64,000 bases of DNA from the NCBI GenBank assembly GCA_951406725.2, contig OX597842.1:26784001-26848000 (forward strand). Reading direction: 5' to 3'. Shown piece after piece: positions 37,436 to 50,291 of the stretch. The notes below the pieces were generated by a model that saw only the letters and a list, made by a program, of their open reading frames with translations, did not search any database and was not told the origin of the DNA. Position 1 is the stretch's first letter. Every line of letters begins with the position of its first letter. The DNA is from Octopus vulgaris (lineage: Eukaryota). A program made the translations under genes and the position numbers.

Positions 37436-37598
37436 CGTATAGATGTAGGTATGTACGTATAGATGTAGGTATGTATATATGCATATGTATTTACTTATAG
37501 ATGTAGGTACGTACATATACGTATGTATATAGGCATATCTATGCTTATATATATATATGTATAGATGTAGGTATGTACATATACATATGTATATATGC

Positions 37599-37631
<33 letters not shown>

Positions 37632-37682
37632 GGTGAATGAATTATCCTATGTTTATCGTCAGCATGGAAAATTCGTTTATTC

Positions 37683-37735
<53 letters not shown>

Positions 37736-38389
37736 CATACATGCATATGTGTATTGTTATATGATTGAACGCCACGCATTCTCTTCCAAGTAAGTTTTAT
37801 CTTAATAATTTTGATGCGCACTCTATGCGACCTTTTTACTCTTTCGTTTTTCTCTCTTTCTCTCTCTTATTCTTTTACCTCCTCTTCTCCCACTATTCTT
37901 CCCTATTACTCTGTCACTCTCTCCTTCACTCCTCCTTTGCTCATGTGGTTCTCACGTGACCATCAGCCGTCTTTCTTTTCCTAACTTGTGTTTCTTTCTC
38001 TCCATTGTAGCTGAAGCAAGGAAGACGTGTTCTCAAATGTCTCCTGTCCTAGCTTGATTTACGTGTTCGCCACCAGAACCCCGTTTAGGCTTAGCAGCCC
38101 TTTCTGTTTATTTTCACTCTCCTGTTTGTGTTACCTATTTTGACCCTCTGCAAAAATCCCATTTCACTCCACCCTCACTCCATGACATTGGTTTGTTTAC
38201 TTGTCTGCAGCCTCTCTCTCTGACTTTGCAGTTTGGTTATAAAAAGCAAATGAATAACTTCCAACATTTTTTCAAAAGCATACAAATCCATGGAGCGATT
38301 TGTTTGGCTAAAACTCTACAAGGCTTAGCATGGCTGCAGTCTAATAACTGGAACGAATAAAAGAAAAAGTAATGTTGATGATGATGATG

Positions 38390-38419
<30 letters not shown>

Positions 38420-38422
<3 letters not shown>

Positions 38423-39115
38423 CCCTGATGCAGTACCAGGCAGTGACTCTCGTGGCTTCTGATCTTAACTGATTGGAAGTGTTATCATGTAAATTGTTTT
38501 GTCTTGGTATAAAAGATGGGCTACAGCAAATATTCTGCTCAATACCACAGATTTGCTTGTCAGTTGTTTGACCTTAACCAGTTAAGCATGTCCATTAGTG
38601 GCTGACGATATGTGCATCTCTGATCACGAGCAGAAGTAGTGGGGGAGCATCATAGCCTTGTGTTGAGAGGGATTCTTTGGAGTTTGAATGCCCTGATGCA
38701 GTACCAGACAGTGGCTCTCATGGCTTCTGATCTTAACTGATTGGAAGTGTTATCATGTACATTGTTTTGTCTTAGTATAAAAGATGGGCTACAGCAAATA
38801 TTCTGCTCAATACCACAGATTTGCTTGTCAGTTGGTTGACCTTAACCAGTTGAGCATGTCCCTTAGTGGCTGACGATATGTGCATTTCTGATCACAGACA
38901 GAAGTAGTCTGGGAGCATCATTGAATAATTCAACTCTGGAAACATGGGTCTTTCGTTCAACATCCCTTTAGAGACCTTTTTCAGTGGGATTGGCTACTTG
39001 ACCTGAAGAAAATTCTAACTGGGCCCCACCTGCAAGGTCATGCTGTTTATCTTGATACGAGGTCACCATGTCATGCACATATGGTTGTGATGCATGTGCC
39101 TGGTGTACTCTAAGA
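38420..39115. repeat. Unclassified interspersed repeat with internal ~268-bp direct duplication
   Basis: atgccctgatgcagtacca starts at about 38420 and 38688. The distal part is inverse-similar to 54715-54930. Confidence 0.7.
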
Positions 39116-39532
39116 GGTGGTTGATCATAAGTGAAAAGGGAAATGAAGAAGGCTTCTAACAATGCTGTGATGAGAGTTATATATTTCAGGTGTAAAGGCC
39201 CATATTCAGAAAAGTACAGAAATGTATGTCTATGTAGATTCTTTGACTGTACTCTTCTGAATATGGCCCTTTGCGTCCAAAATATATAAAGGTTTGTCAG
39301 TTTTCACCTCAGCATTGTTAGAAACTTTCCTCATTTCCTTTTCCATCTTCTATCCTACAATGCTTCAAGCAAACTACAATGATCTTCCTTATAAATTATT
39401 TATATTTAACCACCATGGGTTTTGTGTTTTGTTCCTTAATTGGCTCTTTGGGCAAGTGTCTTCTACTATAGCCTGGGGCCGACCAATGCCTTGTGAGTGG
39501 ATTTGGTAGGCGGAAACTGAAAGAAACCTGTC

Positions 39533-39572
<40 letters not shown>

Positions 39573-40132
39573 TGTAAAAGAACTTGGAAGGTTGAGCCTC
39601 CAACCAAGCCTTTCGCAACACCCTTAAAGCTAGGAACTTTTCAGTGCCCTGTCATTTATATATATAATCTACATGGTTCTTTTGTTTTGTTCACTAACAG
39701 ACTTTTTCAAATTTGCATCTACTAACGTTACTCCCTGTTGAATTCCCTGGTTTTTATCCCTTTCTCTATGAATATTAACATGCACGAAGTATATTATTAT
39801 ATTGATTATAATTTCTATTTAATCAACATTGTGTCATGTTTTGTTTTTCCATTAATTATGATCCCTTTCATGTCTGAATCTTGTCCCCTGTATTTGCCTC
39901 TCCCCTATTCTTCTACAAACACTGACATCAATATATCACCTCATCTAAGAGCATCTGTTCATATCTCGCTATCTTGTTCTCTAACTTATGTAATTCACCT
40001 CTTAGGATAACCATTCTTATATTTGGGTTTAACTACTTAATTTATAACAGCCCCCTTTTTTTAATTACCATTTGTTATAACAAATTCCCTTATAATTTTA
40101 TACTTTCTCTTTGCTTGGACTAGCATGTTTAA

Positions 40133-40604
40133 CCCTTTCGTTACCAACCCGGCTAAAACCGGCCTTGGCTCTGCCGTACAAATGTCTTGTTTTCATAAGT
40201 TTTGAATTAAAATCTTCCACCAAACCTTAGTCACAATTTATGTTCCTAACACTAGCTTAATGATAACTAAGTTATTTTACTAAATTCTTTGTTATATTTA
40301 GAATAATTGAAAGAAACACAGAGCATCTCAACAGAAATATGCTAACAAAAGGGTTAAAATATATAATAGAGAAACAATTCTTAACCCTTTTGATACCAAC
40401 CCGGCTGAAACTGGCTTTGGCTCTGAGTACAAATGTCTTGTTTTCATAAGGTTTTAATTAAAATCTTCCACCAAACCTTAGTCACAATTTATGTTCCTAA
40501 CACTAGCTGAATGATAACTAAGTTATTTTACTAAATTCTTTGTTATGTTTAAAGTAATTGAAAGAAACACAGAACATCTCAAAATAAATACAGTAACGAA
40601 AGGG
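40133..40604. mobile_element. Pair of adjacent piggyBac-like MITEs
   Basis: 40133-40353 and 40385-40604, each bounded by TTAA. Confidence 0.85.
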
Positions 40605-42544
40605 TTAACTTTTGGGGTTAACAAGTTTGTCTGCTAAGAATAACAATTTCTGCATTTGGGATAAAATCTGTTATTTTGGGAAATGTGTGTGTAAAGAGAG
40701 AGAGAGAGAATGATGCAAATAAACACATTTGGGTTTGATATATAAAATATACATATATAAGTTCAAGCATGGCTGTACAGTAAGACGCTTGCTTCCCAAT
40801 CACATGGTTCGGGGGTTCAGTCCCACTGCATGGCACCTTGGGCAAGTAGTGCCTTGGGCTGAGCAAAGCATGTGGGTGGATTTGGTAGGTGGAAACTGAA
40901 AGAAGCTCGTTATGTGTCTGTGTGTGCATCTTTGTAACTGTGTTTCTGCCACCCCCCTCCCCACCTCCACTTCTGCTTCACAGTTGGTGTTGGTGTGTTT
41001 ACGTCCTCGTAATCTAGCAGTTCTGCAAAAGAGACTGATAGAATAAGTACCAGGGTTACAGAAAGAAAAAAAATAAGCATAGAGCTTGATTCATTTGGCT
41101 AAAAATAATTCTTCAAGGCGATGCTCCAGCATGGCCGTGGTCTAATGACTGAAACAAGAAGATAAAAGATACATATATACATATAAATACATATAGGGAT
41201 ATATATATATATGCGTATATTCTTTTATTTGTTTGTCATTTGACTGTGGCCATGCTGGGGCTTTGTGAGTGGATTTGGTAGATGGAAACTGAAAGAAGCT
41301 TGTTGTATATATAATGTGTGTATATGTTTGTGTGTCTGTGTTTGTTACCTCACCATTGCTTGCCAACTGATGTTGGTGTGTTTACGCCCCTGTAACTTAG
41401 CGGTTCGGCAAAAAAGATCAATAAAATAGGTACTAAGCTTACAAAGAATAAGTCCTGGGGTTCATTTGTAGGACTAAAAGGCGGTGCTCCAGCATGGCTG
41501 CAGTCAAAATGACACCCAAATACAAGAAAATATATATATTTAGAGAGAGACAGAGAAGCAAAAACTGAAGAGATTCAGATGAACATTTATGTATAAGCAT
41601 AGAGAAATTTATGTATTTATAGAACAAAAGATGCAGGAAACTAAGGGGAGAAGCTTTGGTATTTTAGGCCCAACAGCTGTTTCTGGGGGCTCAGAATTAT
41701 GTGATAGTTGTGATGTTGACAGATGAAGTGTGCAAAAAGTCAAGAATATGCAACCAGTAGTGGATGCATATAGATTTTACTGTAAAACCAGCCTCCGTCT
41801 TCGGGGTGGAGAGATTGGCATGTGTGTGTGGATGGTATATACTTTGTTTGTATATAGGTGGCGAGCTGGCTGAAACGTTAGCACGCCGGGCGAAATGCGT
41901 AGCCGTATTTCGTCTGCTGGTACGTTCTGAGTTCAAATTCCGCTGAGGTCGACTTTGCCTTTCATCCTTTCGGTGTCGATTAAATAAGTACCGGTTACGA
42001 ACTGGGGTCGATATAATGGACTTAATCCATTTGTCTGTTCTTGTTTGTGTCCTCTGTGTTTAGCCCCTTGTGGGTAGTAAAGAAATAGGTATTTCGTCTG
42101 CCGTTAGGTTCTGAGTTCAAATTCCGCCAAGGTCGACTTTGCCTTTCATCCTTTCGGGGTCGATTAAATAAGTACCAGTTATGAACTGGGGTCGATATAA
42201 TGGACTTAATCCGTTTGACTTCTGTGTTTAGCCCCCTGTGGGTAGTAAAGAAATAGGTATATACTTTGTTTGGGGTAAATTCATGTGGTGCTTGGGTTAA
42301 CATTTTTGTTATTACTCGGGGTAACGATCTTTGTTTTGATTTGTTACAGTACAATGTTGTATATATACATTAAATTATATACCCTAAACTTGTTGTGTAT
42401 GTTGATTTATGTACTTGAAAAATTGTGTACTTCAAATTATGTACTTGTAGTTGTATTCCTTGAATTGTATCACCATCGTTACCACCATTACCTCCACCAC
42501 CCAGTATTACCACCACTATCACCCATCATCATCACTATCATATT

Positions 42545-43085
42545 ACTGCCTCCACCATGTCACCTGTCTCCAGCTGACATGCTCCTATTTCCCAGCTTCC
42601 ACGCCTCTGCTCCCTGCTGTCATGCCCCCTATCTACAGCTGTCACCCCTCTCTCTTCCCAGTTGTCACGCGGCTGTCTCAAGCCACCATGCTCCCCGCCT
42701 CAAGTTGTCACACCCCCCGGCCTCCAGCATCTCACCCCATGCTTCCAGCTGCCTCCTCCCCTGTCTCTTGCTGTCACATTCCCTGTCTCTAGCTGCCATG
42801 TTTCCTGCCTCCAGCTACCATACCCCCTGTCCAGCAACTTGCCCCATGCATCCAACTGCAACATTCCCTGCCTCCAGTTGCCATACTGCCCTGCCTCCAG
42901 TCGCCATACTGCCCCGCCTCCAGTTGCCTTTCTGCCCCGACTCCAGTTGCCATACTGCCCTGCCTCCAGTTGCCATGCTCCCTGCTTCCAGCTTCTATGC
43001 CCCCTGCCTCCAACTGCCATGCCCCATACCTCCAGCCACCACACTCCTCTGCCTCTAGCTTCCGTACCCCCTGCCTCCAACTAAC
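42545..43085. repeat. Degenerate ~21-22-bp C-rich minisatellite
   Basis: Recurrent cctgcctccagttgccat motif. Confidence 0.8.
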
Positions 43086-43296
43086 ACTCCTATCTCTCCC
43101 TCTCACCTACCCTACCTTTGTTTCTCTCTCTCTTCAATTATCTCCCCCCCACCTCTGTCTCTCTAACCTCACATCACTGCTCTTCTCCAACCTTATCCTC
43201 TCATCTTCCCTCCATCTTTCCTCTCTCACAACTTTTCACCTCAATGGAAACTATTCCATTTATTTAATTAATTTTATTTGTTTCTCTTTGTTTCAG

Positions 43297-43427
43297 GTGG
43301 ACCCCCACTGCATCAACCCCCTCCAGTATCTGCTCCACCACCTGGCCACCCCCCAACACCTGCTCCACACGTCAACCCTGCCTTCTTCCCTCCACAACAT
43401 GGTCAGCCACCACCCACAGGACCCATG
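43297..43427 (+). CDS. CPSF6: CPSF6-like exon with PAPHVNPAFFP motif
   Basis: Acceptor tttctctttgtttcag, donor ATG|gtaagc. 131 nt, phase 1-0, GGPPLHQPPPVSAPPPGHPPTPAPHVNPAFFPPQHGQPPPTGPM. HVNPAFF is characteristic of CPSF6/7. Confidence 0.93.
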
Positions 43428-45459
43428 GTAAGCACTTCCTCTCTTTTTTTTTTTTTACTCTGCCAAATCATGGCCGATGCCAGCGCCGCCTCGACTGGCT
43501 TCCGTGCCGGTGGCACATAAAAAGCACCATCCGAATCGTGGCCGATGCCAGCGCCGCCTTGACTGGCTTCCATGCCGGTGGCACATAAAATGCACCAATC
43601 CGATCGTGGCCGTTGCCAGCCTCGCCTGGCACGTAAAGAGCACCCGCTACACTCACGGAGTGGTTGGCGTTAGGAAGGGCATCCAGCTATAGAAACACTG
43701 CCAGATCAGACTGGAGCCTGGTGCAGCCTTCTGGCCTCTCAGATCCCCGGTCAAACCGTCCAACCCATGCTAGCATGGAGAATGGACGTTAGATGATGAT
43801 ATGTTGTAGGCACAGGCATGGTTGTGGGGTCAAGAAGCTTGTTTCCCAACCTCATGGTCTTAGGTTCAATCCCTCTGATACCTTGGCCAGGTGTCTTCCG
43901 CAATATCTCTGTGCCGGCCAAAGTTTTTTTGTGAGTGGATTTGATAGACCAAAACTGAAAGAAACCCAGGTATGTGTGTGTTGGTTTCCAATTTTGACAC
44001 AAGGCCAGCATTTTGGGGGGAAGTGCTAGTGGTATTCCCCTGCTAGTGATGTAAACAAGAGTGCTTATATGCACCAAAAAGACAATGTGAGAGTTACTCT
44101 CATGCTAGTTACCGCAGTATAGTTTGTTCTTATGCAACACACACTTTTAAGTGGGGATGAATGTTACCAATTGATAAGGCGGCGAGCTGGCAGAAACGTT
44201 AGCACGCCGGGCGAAATGCTTTGTGGTATTTCGTCTGCCGCTACGTTCTGAGTTCAAAATCCGCCGAGGTCGACTTTGCCTTTCATCCTTTAGGGGTCGA
44301 TTAAATAAGTACCAGTTACACACTGGGGTCGATATAATCGACTTAATCCGTTTGTCTGTCCTTGTTTGTCCTCTCTGTGTTTAGCCCCTTGTGGGTAGTA
44401 AAGAAATAGCTATTTCATCTGCCGTTACGTTCTGAGTTCAAATTCTGCCGAGGTCAACTTTGTCTTTCATATTTTTGGAGGGCGATTAAATAAGTACCAG
44501 TTACGCACTGGGGTCTATATAATTGACTTAATCCGTTTGTTTGACCTCTCTGTGTTTAGCCCCTTGTGGGTAGTAAAGAAATAGGTATTTCGTCTGCCGT
44601 TATGTTCTGAGTTCAAATTCTACCGAGGTCGACTTTGCTTTTCATCCTTTCGGGGCCAATTAAATAAGTACCAGTTACACACTGGGGTCGATATAATCGA
44701 CTTAATCTGTTTGTCTGTCCTTGTTTGTCCTCTCTGTGTTTAGCCCCTTGTGGGTAGTAAAGAAATATGTATTATTAATACAACTTCAGTCACTTACAAT
44801 TACTCTCTATTTGTTTGTCAAACTGTAAATGTAATTTATGGACACCATTCAAGACCATTCAATTCTAACAACTGGGTTTTTATTTTTTTACTTCCAGATT
44901 CCTGTTGGGCAATTTGAAACCCTACCTTTCTTGGACCCAGACGTCAAATTCCATGCAAACCATGTAATATCTTTTAATATCTTGTCTCTTTTACTTGTTC
45001 CATTCATTGTTTCACGTTGCTCCAGTTCACTCACCTGGCAAAAATGAGTTGTACCTGTATTTCAAAGGGTCAGCCCTGTCCCATTCTGTGACACGCTGAA
45101 TCTCCGGAGTGCGACATTAAGGTTGCACATGTCTGTGGAGTGCTCAACTCCTTGCATGTTGAATTTCACAAGCAAGCAGTTTTTTTAATTGGGTCGACTG
45201 GAACCCTTGTCATCATAACTGACCGAGTACCAGTTATTTTTTGCTGCTCCAGTCCACTCGGCTGGCAAAAGGGAGTCATACCTGTAATTCACGAGGCCAG
45301 CCATGTCACATTCTGTATCACGCTGAATCTCCCTCAGAACTGAGTTAACCGTTTGAACCCCAGATATCCATAGTCCTCGGCACCCTAACCCTGGGTACAA
45401 GAGCCAAAAAAGTGATTTCCCACCTAATATTGTTTGGTGACACTAATATGTGTTTTCTG

Positions 45460-45859
45460 GGATCTTTTCGGTTTGAAAAGCAGTTTTTTCTAGCGGTGTC
45501 ATGTGAAATTGTCACCCATAATTTTGACCCTAGTATCGATCTATTGCATTTCAATCTGTTTTAGGGTTAGGAGTGGGGGAAGGGTATCTTTTTTCTTCAC
45601 AAATGTAAATAAACCCAATCTGTTTCTTAAACGAGGGACATATTCATACGACACAGAATGTTTTCACCTCAATAGACGTCACTGATTGGTTGAAATTGAA
45701 GAAAAAAAACAACAAATATCTTACAAACTATAGAGTTTTCTCAATAAAGCCAAGAGAAAAAGATGTTTTATAAACACATTCTACCAGTATACGAAGTTTA
45801 AAAGTGTTTAGTTACGTGGAAATTATTTTAAAAAACTGCCTGTCAAACCGAAAAGATCC
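45460..45859. mobile_element. 400-bp non-autonomous DNA transposon, Merlin-like
   Basis: TIR GGATCTTTTCGGTTTGA..GCAGTTTTTT. Perfect 8-bp TSD GTTTTCTG at 45452 and 45860. Confidence 0.8.
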
Positions 45860-46329
45860 GTTTTCTGTCTCTCATATTGAAATAAAATGCCAAATAGAGG
45901 GCAACATTATCTTTAACCCTTTTTTTTTCCTGTTTATTGCCAGTACTGGTGCTTGTGGTGCCAGTCAAACCAGCAGTTACTGCCTGGTTTTCCAACGCAG
46001 AAAATACTGGCCTGTAAAGCAGCCGCTGGGGTCTTTGTAAACAGTACAATGTGACAGCTGGTAAAGCGGTTGGTAGGGTCTTTGTATCTGTGGCTGGCAG
46101 CTGGAATGGTGGCCGTTGGGGGTTCTGAGGGTTTAAGATTACGTGTTGTCCGTGGAGTACTCGGCCACTTGGATGTGAATTTCATGAATAGGCTGTTCCG
46201 TTGATCAGATCGACTGGGACCCTTCCTGTCGTAACTGACAGAGGGCCAGTTGTGGTAGTGTGGTTTGTGTCAGGGTCCTAGGGTGGTGATAGTGTTTTTC
46301 TTATTGTCTCTCTTCTCTCTCTAAATATG

Positions 46330-47470
46330 TCTTTCTACCCACTCTTGCTCTCTCTCTCTCTCTCATTCCCTATTTCTCTCATCTCCTTTATATTCTCTCC
46401 CCTTCCTTTCTCTCTCTCCATTTCCCCCTTCCCTCTCACCACTTCCTCATTCTCTCTCTTTCCACCTCCCCCTTCTCTCCCTTTTCTCTCTCCACTTCCG
46501 TCTTCCCTCTCTCCACTTCTCCCTTATCTCTCTCCACCTCCCCCTTCTCTCTCTCCACCTCCCCTTCTCTCTCTCCACCTCCCCTTCTCTCTCTCCACCT
46601 CCCCCCTTCTCTCTCTCCACGTCCTCCTCTCTCTCTACTTCCCCCTTCTCCATTTCCACCTCCCTCCTTCTCTCTCTCCACCTCCCCCTTCTCTCTCTCC
46701 ACCTCCCCCTTCTCTCTCCACCTCCCCCTTCTCTCTCCACCTCCCCTTTCTCTCTCTCCACCTCCCCTTCTCTCTCTCCACCCCCCTCTCTCTCTCCACG
46801 TCCTCCTCTCTCTCTACTTCTCCTTCTCTCTCTCCACCTCCCCCCTTCTCTCCACTTCCTCCTTCCCTCTCCACTTCCCCTTCCCTCTCTCCACTTCCTC
46901 TTCCCTCTCTCCACTTCCTCTTCCCTCTCTCCACTTCACTCCCTCTTCCCTCTCTCCACTCCCTCTTCCCTCTCTCCACTTCCCCCTTCCCTCTCTCCAC
47001 TTCCCTCTTCCCTCTCTCCACTTCCCCTTCCCTCTCTCCACCTCCCCCTTCCCTCTCTCCATTTCCCTCTTCCCTCTCTCCACTTCCCTCTTCCCTCTCT
47101 CCACTTCCCCTTCCCTCTCTCCACTTCCCCCTTTTCTCCTCTTCCGCTGCCTTCTCTACCTCTTCCCCCTTCCACCGTCTCCCCCCTTGTCTCTCTTCTT
47201 CCCCCCATCTCTCTCTCCACTTCCCCCTTCTCTCTCTCCACTTCCCCCTTCTCTCTCTCCACTTCCCCCGTTTCTCTCTCCACTTCCCCCTTCCCTCTCT
47301 CCACTTCCCCCTTCCCTCTCTCCACTTCCCTCTTCCCTCTCTCCACTCCCCCTTCCCTCTCTCCACTCCCCCTTCCTTCACTCCACTTCTCTCTCCTCTC
47401 TCCCCCTTCTCTTCCACCGTCTCCCCCATTTCTCTCCTCCCACCTTGTCTCTCTTCTCCCCCCCCCCATT
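46330..47470. repeat. Pyrimidine-rich minisatellite, ~20-bp unit
   Basis: Recurrent cttccctctctccacttccc, almost purine-free on the plus strand. Confidence 0.93.
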
Positions 47471-47552
47471 TATTCTTCATCTTCCAGACAAATTTCCATT
47501 TACTTCCCATTAAAACCCTTTAATATATCCTCTCACTCTGCTTTTATTTCAG

Positions 47553-47641
47553 CCACCCCATTCACAACCTGGAGACATGTACGTCAGGCCACCTCCCCCT
47601 GCTGCTTACCCCAATGATCCTTATGGCAGACCCCCAGAAAG
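47553..47641 (+). CDS. CPSF6: CPSF6-like exon
   Basis: Acceptor ctgcttttatttcag, donor AAG|gtgact. 89 nt, phase 0-2, PPHSQPGDMYVRPPPPAAYPNDPYGRPPER. DPYGRPP is typical of CPSF6. Confidence 0.9.
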
Positions 47642-47693
47642 GTGACTTTCAATTTCTATTTTTATTCCTTCTCTAATTTTAGGATTTGTGCCT

Positions 47694-47734
<41 letters not shown>

Positions 47735-48133
47735 TCGTTAGCACGCCAGGCAAAATGTTTTGTGGCATTTCATCTGTCTTTATATTCCGAGTTCAAATTC
47801 TGCCGAGGTCAACTTTGCCTTTCATCCTTTCCTGGGTCGATAAATTAAGTACCAGTTAAACAATGGGGACGATGTAATTGATTTTCTCATCCCTTGAAAA
47901 TGCTGTTCTTTCAGTTTCCGTCTACCAAATCCACTTGCAATGCTTTGGTCAGCTCGAAGCTATAGCAGAAGGCGCTTGCCCAAGGTGCTACACAGTGGGA
48001 TTGAAACAGGAAGCATGTGGTTGGGAAGCAAGCTTCTTATCACATGGCCACACCTGCACCTAGATGCCTTTTTTTTTTTTCTCATTATTATTATTATTAT
48101 TTCTAAATGTGTTCCATCTCCATCTCCCTTCAG

Positions 48134-48246
48134 ACATGAATCTGCATCCCCTGCCATCAGCGAACAAGAATTCGAGGAGATTTTCCAGCGAAACAAAACT
48201 GTCTCCAGTAGTGCGATTTCTCGTGCAGTACAAGACGCCAGTGCAG
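48134..48246 (+). CDS. CPSF6: CPSF6-like conserved C-terminal helical region exon
   Basis: Acceptor ccatctcccttcag, donor CAG|gtaacc. 113 nt, phase 2-1, HESASPAISEQEFEEIFQRNKTVSSSAISRAVQDASA. Confidence 0.95.
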
Positions 48247-48609
48247 GTAACCCCTTCTATGTCACCTTTTTATCTACGTCATCCTTTTTTTTGTCATCCT
48301 TGTTCTTCTTTCTTCTCCACATTATTTTCCGTTTCTCTTTTATTTTTTCCTCTTTCCTTTATTTCCTTTTCATTCCTATTCTTCCTGTTTCTCTTCTTCC
48401 TTTTTCTCATTCTTTTTTTTTTCCTTTCTTCCTTCCCCTTCTTCGTCCCTTACTCCTCCTCTACTAAGTTAACACTTAATGGGTGGTTTGCTACAAAAGG
48501 GATGAGATGATGCATGCCACAGTGGTTAGGTAACTAAACTCGTTCAAGAAATGATGGGTTCCATTCCCAGTCTTGGAGTTGTATCTTTGGACACTATTGT
48601 CCTTCTGGG

Positions 48610-49968
48610 GATGATAAAATAAAGTAGCAGTGAAATGCTGGGGTAGATTTAATATACCTATAAAACATCCAAGATGTCAATGGAATTATAATAGAAGACT
48701 AACACTAACTTTACCTTTCATTGTTGTGGGGTTGATAAAATAAAGTAGCAGTGATATACTGGGGTAGATTTAATATTCCTATAAAACATCCAAGATGTCA
48801 ATGGAATTATAATAGAAGACTAACACTAACTTTACCTTTCATTGTTGTGATAAAGGTTGATAAAATAAAGTAGCAGTGATATAAGTAGCTGGGGTAGATT
48901 TAATATTCCTATAAAATTGTTGTGGGGTTGATAAAGTAGCATCCAAGATGTCAATGGAATTATAATAGAAGACTAACACTAACTTTACCTTTCATTGTTG
49001 TGGGGTTGATAAAATAAAGTAGCAGTGATATACTGGGGTAGATTTAATATTCCTATAAAACATCCAAGATGTCAATGGAATTATAATAGAAGACTAACAC
49101 TAACTTTACCTTTCATTGTTGTGGGGTTGATAAAATAAAGTAGCAGTGATATACTGGGGTAGATTTAATATTCCTATAAAACATCCAGATGTCAATGGAA
49201 TTATAATAGAAGACTAACACTAACTTTACCTTTCATTGTTGTGGGGTTGATAAAATAAAGTAGCAGTGATATACTGGGGTAGATTTAATATTCCTATAAA
49301 ACATCCAAGATGTCAATGGAATTATAATAGAAGACTAACACTAACTTTACCTTTCATTGTTGTGGGGTTGATAAAATAAAGTAGCAGTGATATACTGGGG
49401 TAGATTTAATATTCCTATAAAACATCCAAGATGTCAATGGAATTATAATAGAAGACTAACACTAACTTTACCTTTCATTGTTGTGGGGTTGATAAAATAA
49501 AGTAGCAGTGATATACTGGGGTAGATTTAATATTCCTATAAAACATCCAGATGTCAATGGAATTATAATAGAAGACTAACACTAACTTTACCTTTCATTG
49601 TTGTGGGGTTGATAAAATAAAGTAGCAGTGATATACTGGGGTAGATTTAATATTCCTATAAAACATCCAAGATGTCAATGGAATTATAATAGAAGACAAA
49701 CACTAACTTTACCTTTCATTGTTGTGGGGTTGATAAAATAAAGTAGCAGTGATATACTGGGGTAGATTTAATATTCCTATAAAACATCCAAGATGTCAAT
49801 GGAATTATAATAGAAGACAAACACTAACTTTACCTTTCATTGTTGTGGGGTTGATAAAATAAAGTAGCAGTGATATACTGGGGTAGATTTAATATTCCTA
49901 TAAAACATTGATGTCAATGGAACTATAATAGAAGACTAACTTTACCATTCATTGTTTTGGGGTTGATT
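48610..49968. repeat. 120/121-bp tandem array, about 11 copies, SINE-derived
   Basis: taaaacatccaagatgtcaatggaattataatagaagact recurs every 120-121 bp with near-identical units. Confidence 0.93.
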
Positions 49969-50111
49969 TATTACCAGTGTGGTCATGGACTTGCAACTAA
50001 TGTGGTTATTTACCTGTAATAAGTATTGCTATTTTACCTGAAGCCTTTGAAATTGTCATTTATTTATTTACCCGTATTCAATGTGGTTCTTTTATCTTTT
50101 GTGTTTTACAG

Positions 50112-50259
50112 GTGACTTTGCTAGTGCCATTGAGACACTTGTCACAGCAATATCACTGATCAAGCAATCGAAGATTGCAGGTGATGATCGATGTAAAATC
50201 CTGATTAGTTCTTTACAGGACACGCTCCATGGGATTGAAGAGAAGTCGTACGGATCCAA
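50112..50259 (+). CDS. CPSF6: CPSF6-like conserved C-terminal exon
   Basis: Acceptor ttttgtgttttacag, donor AA|gtgagt. 148 nt, phase 1-2, [50 protein letters not shown]. Confidence 0.96.
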
Positions 50260-50291
50260 GTGAGTGACATTTTATATAATTATAAAAGTGA

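Noticed and set aside
42285-43431. Pro/Cys/His-rich ORFs before the 43297 exon
   Set aside because: Derived from a 21-22-bp minisatellite; only 43297-43427 has splice sites and CPSF6 similarity.
46327-47523. 398-aa S/P/L ORF and antisense E/R/G ORFs
   Set aside because: Product of a pyrimidine minisatellite inside an intron, with no domain content.
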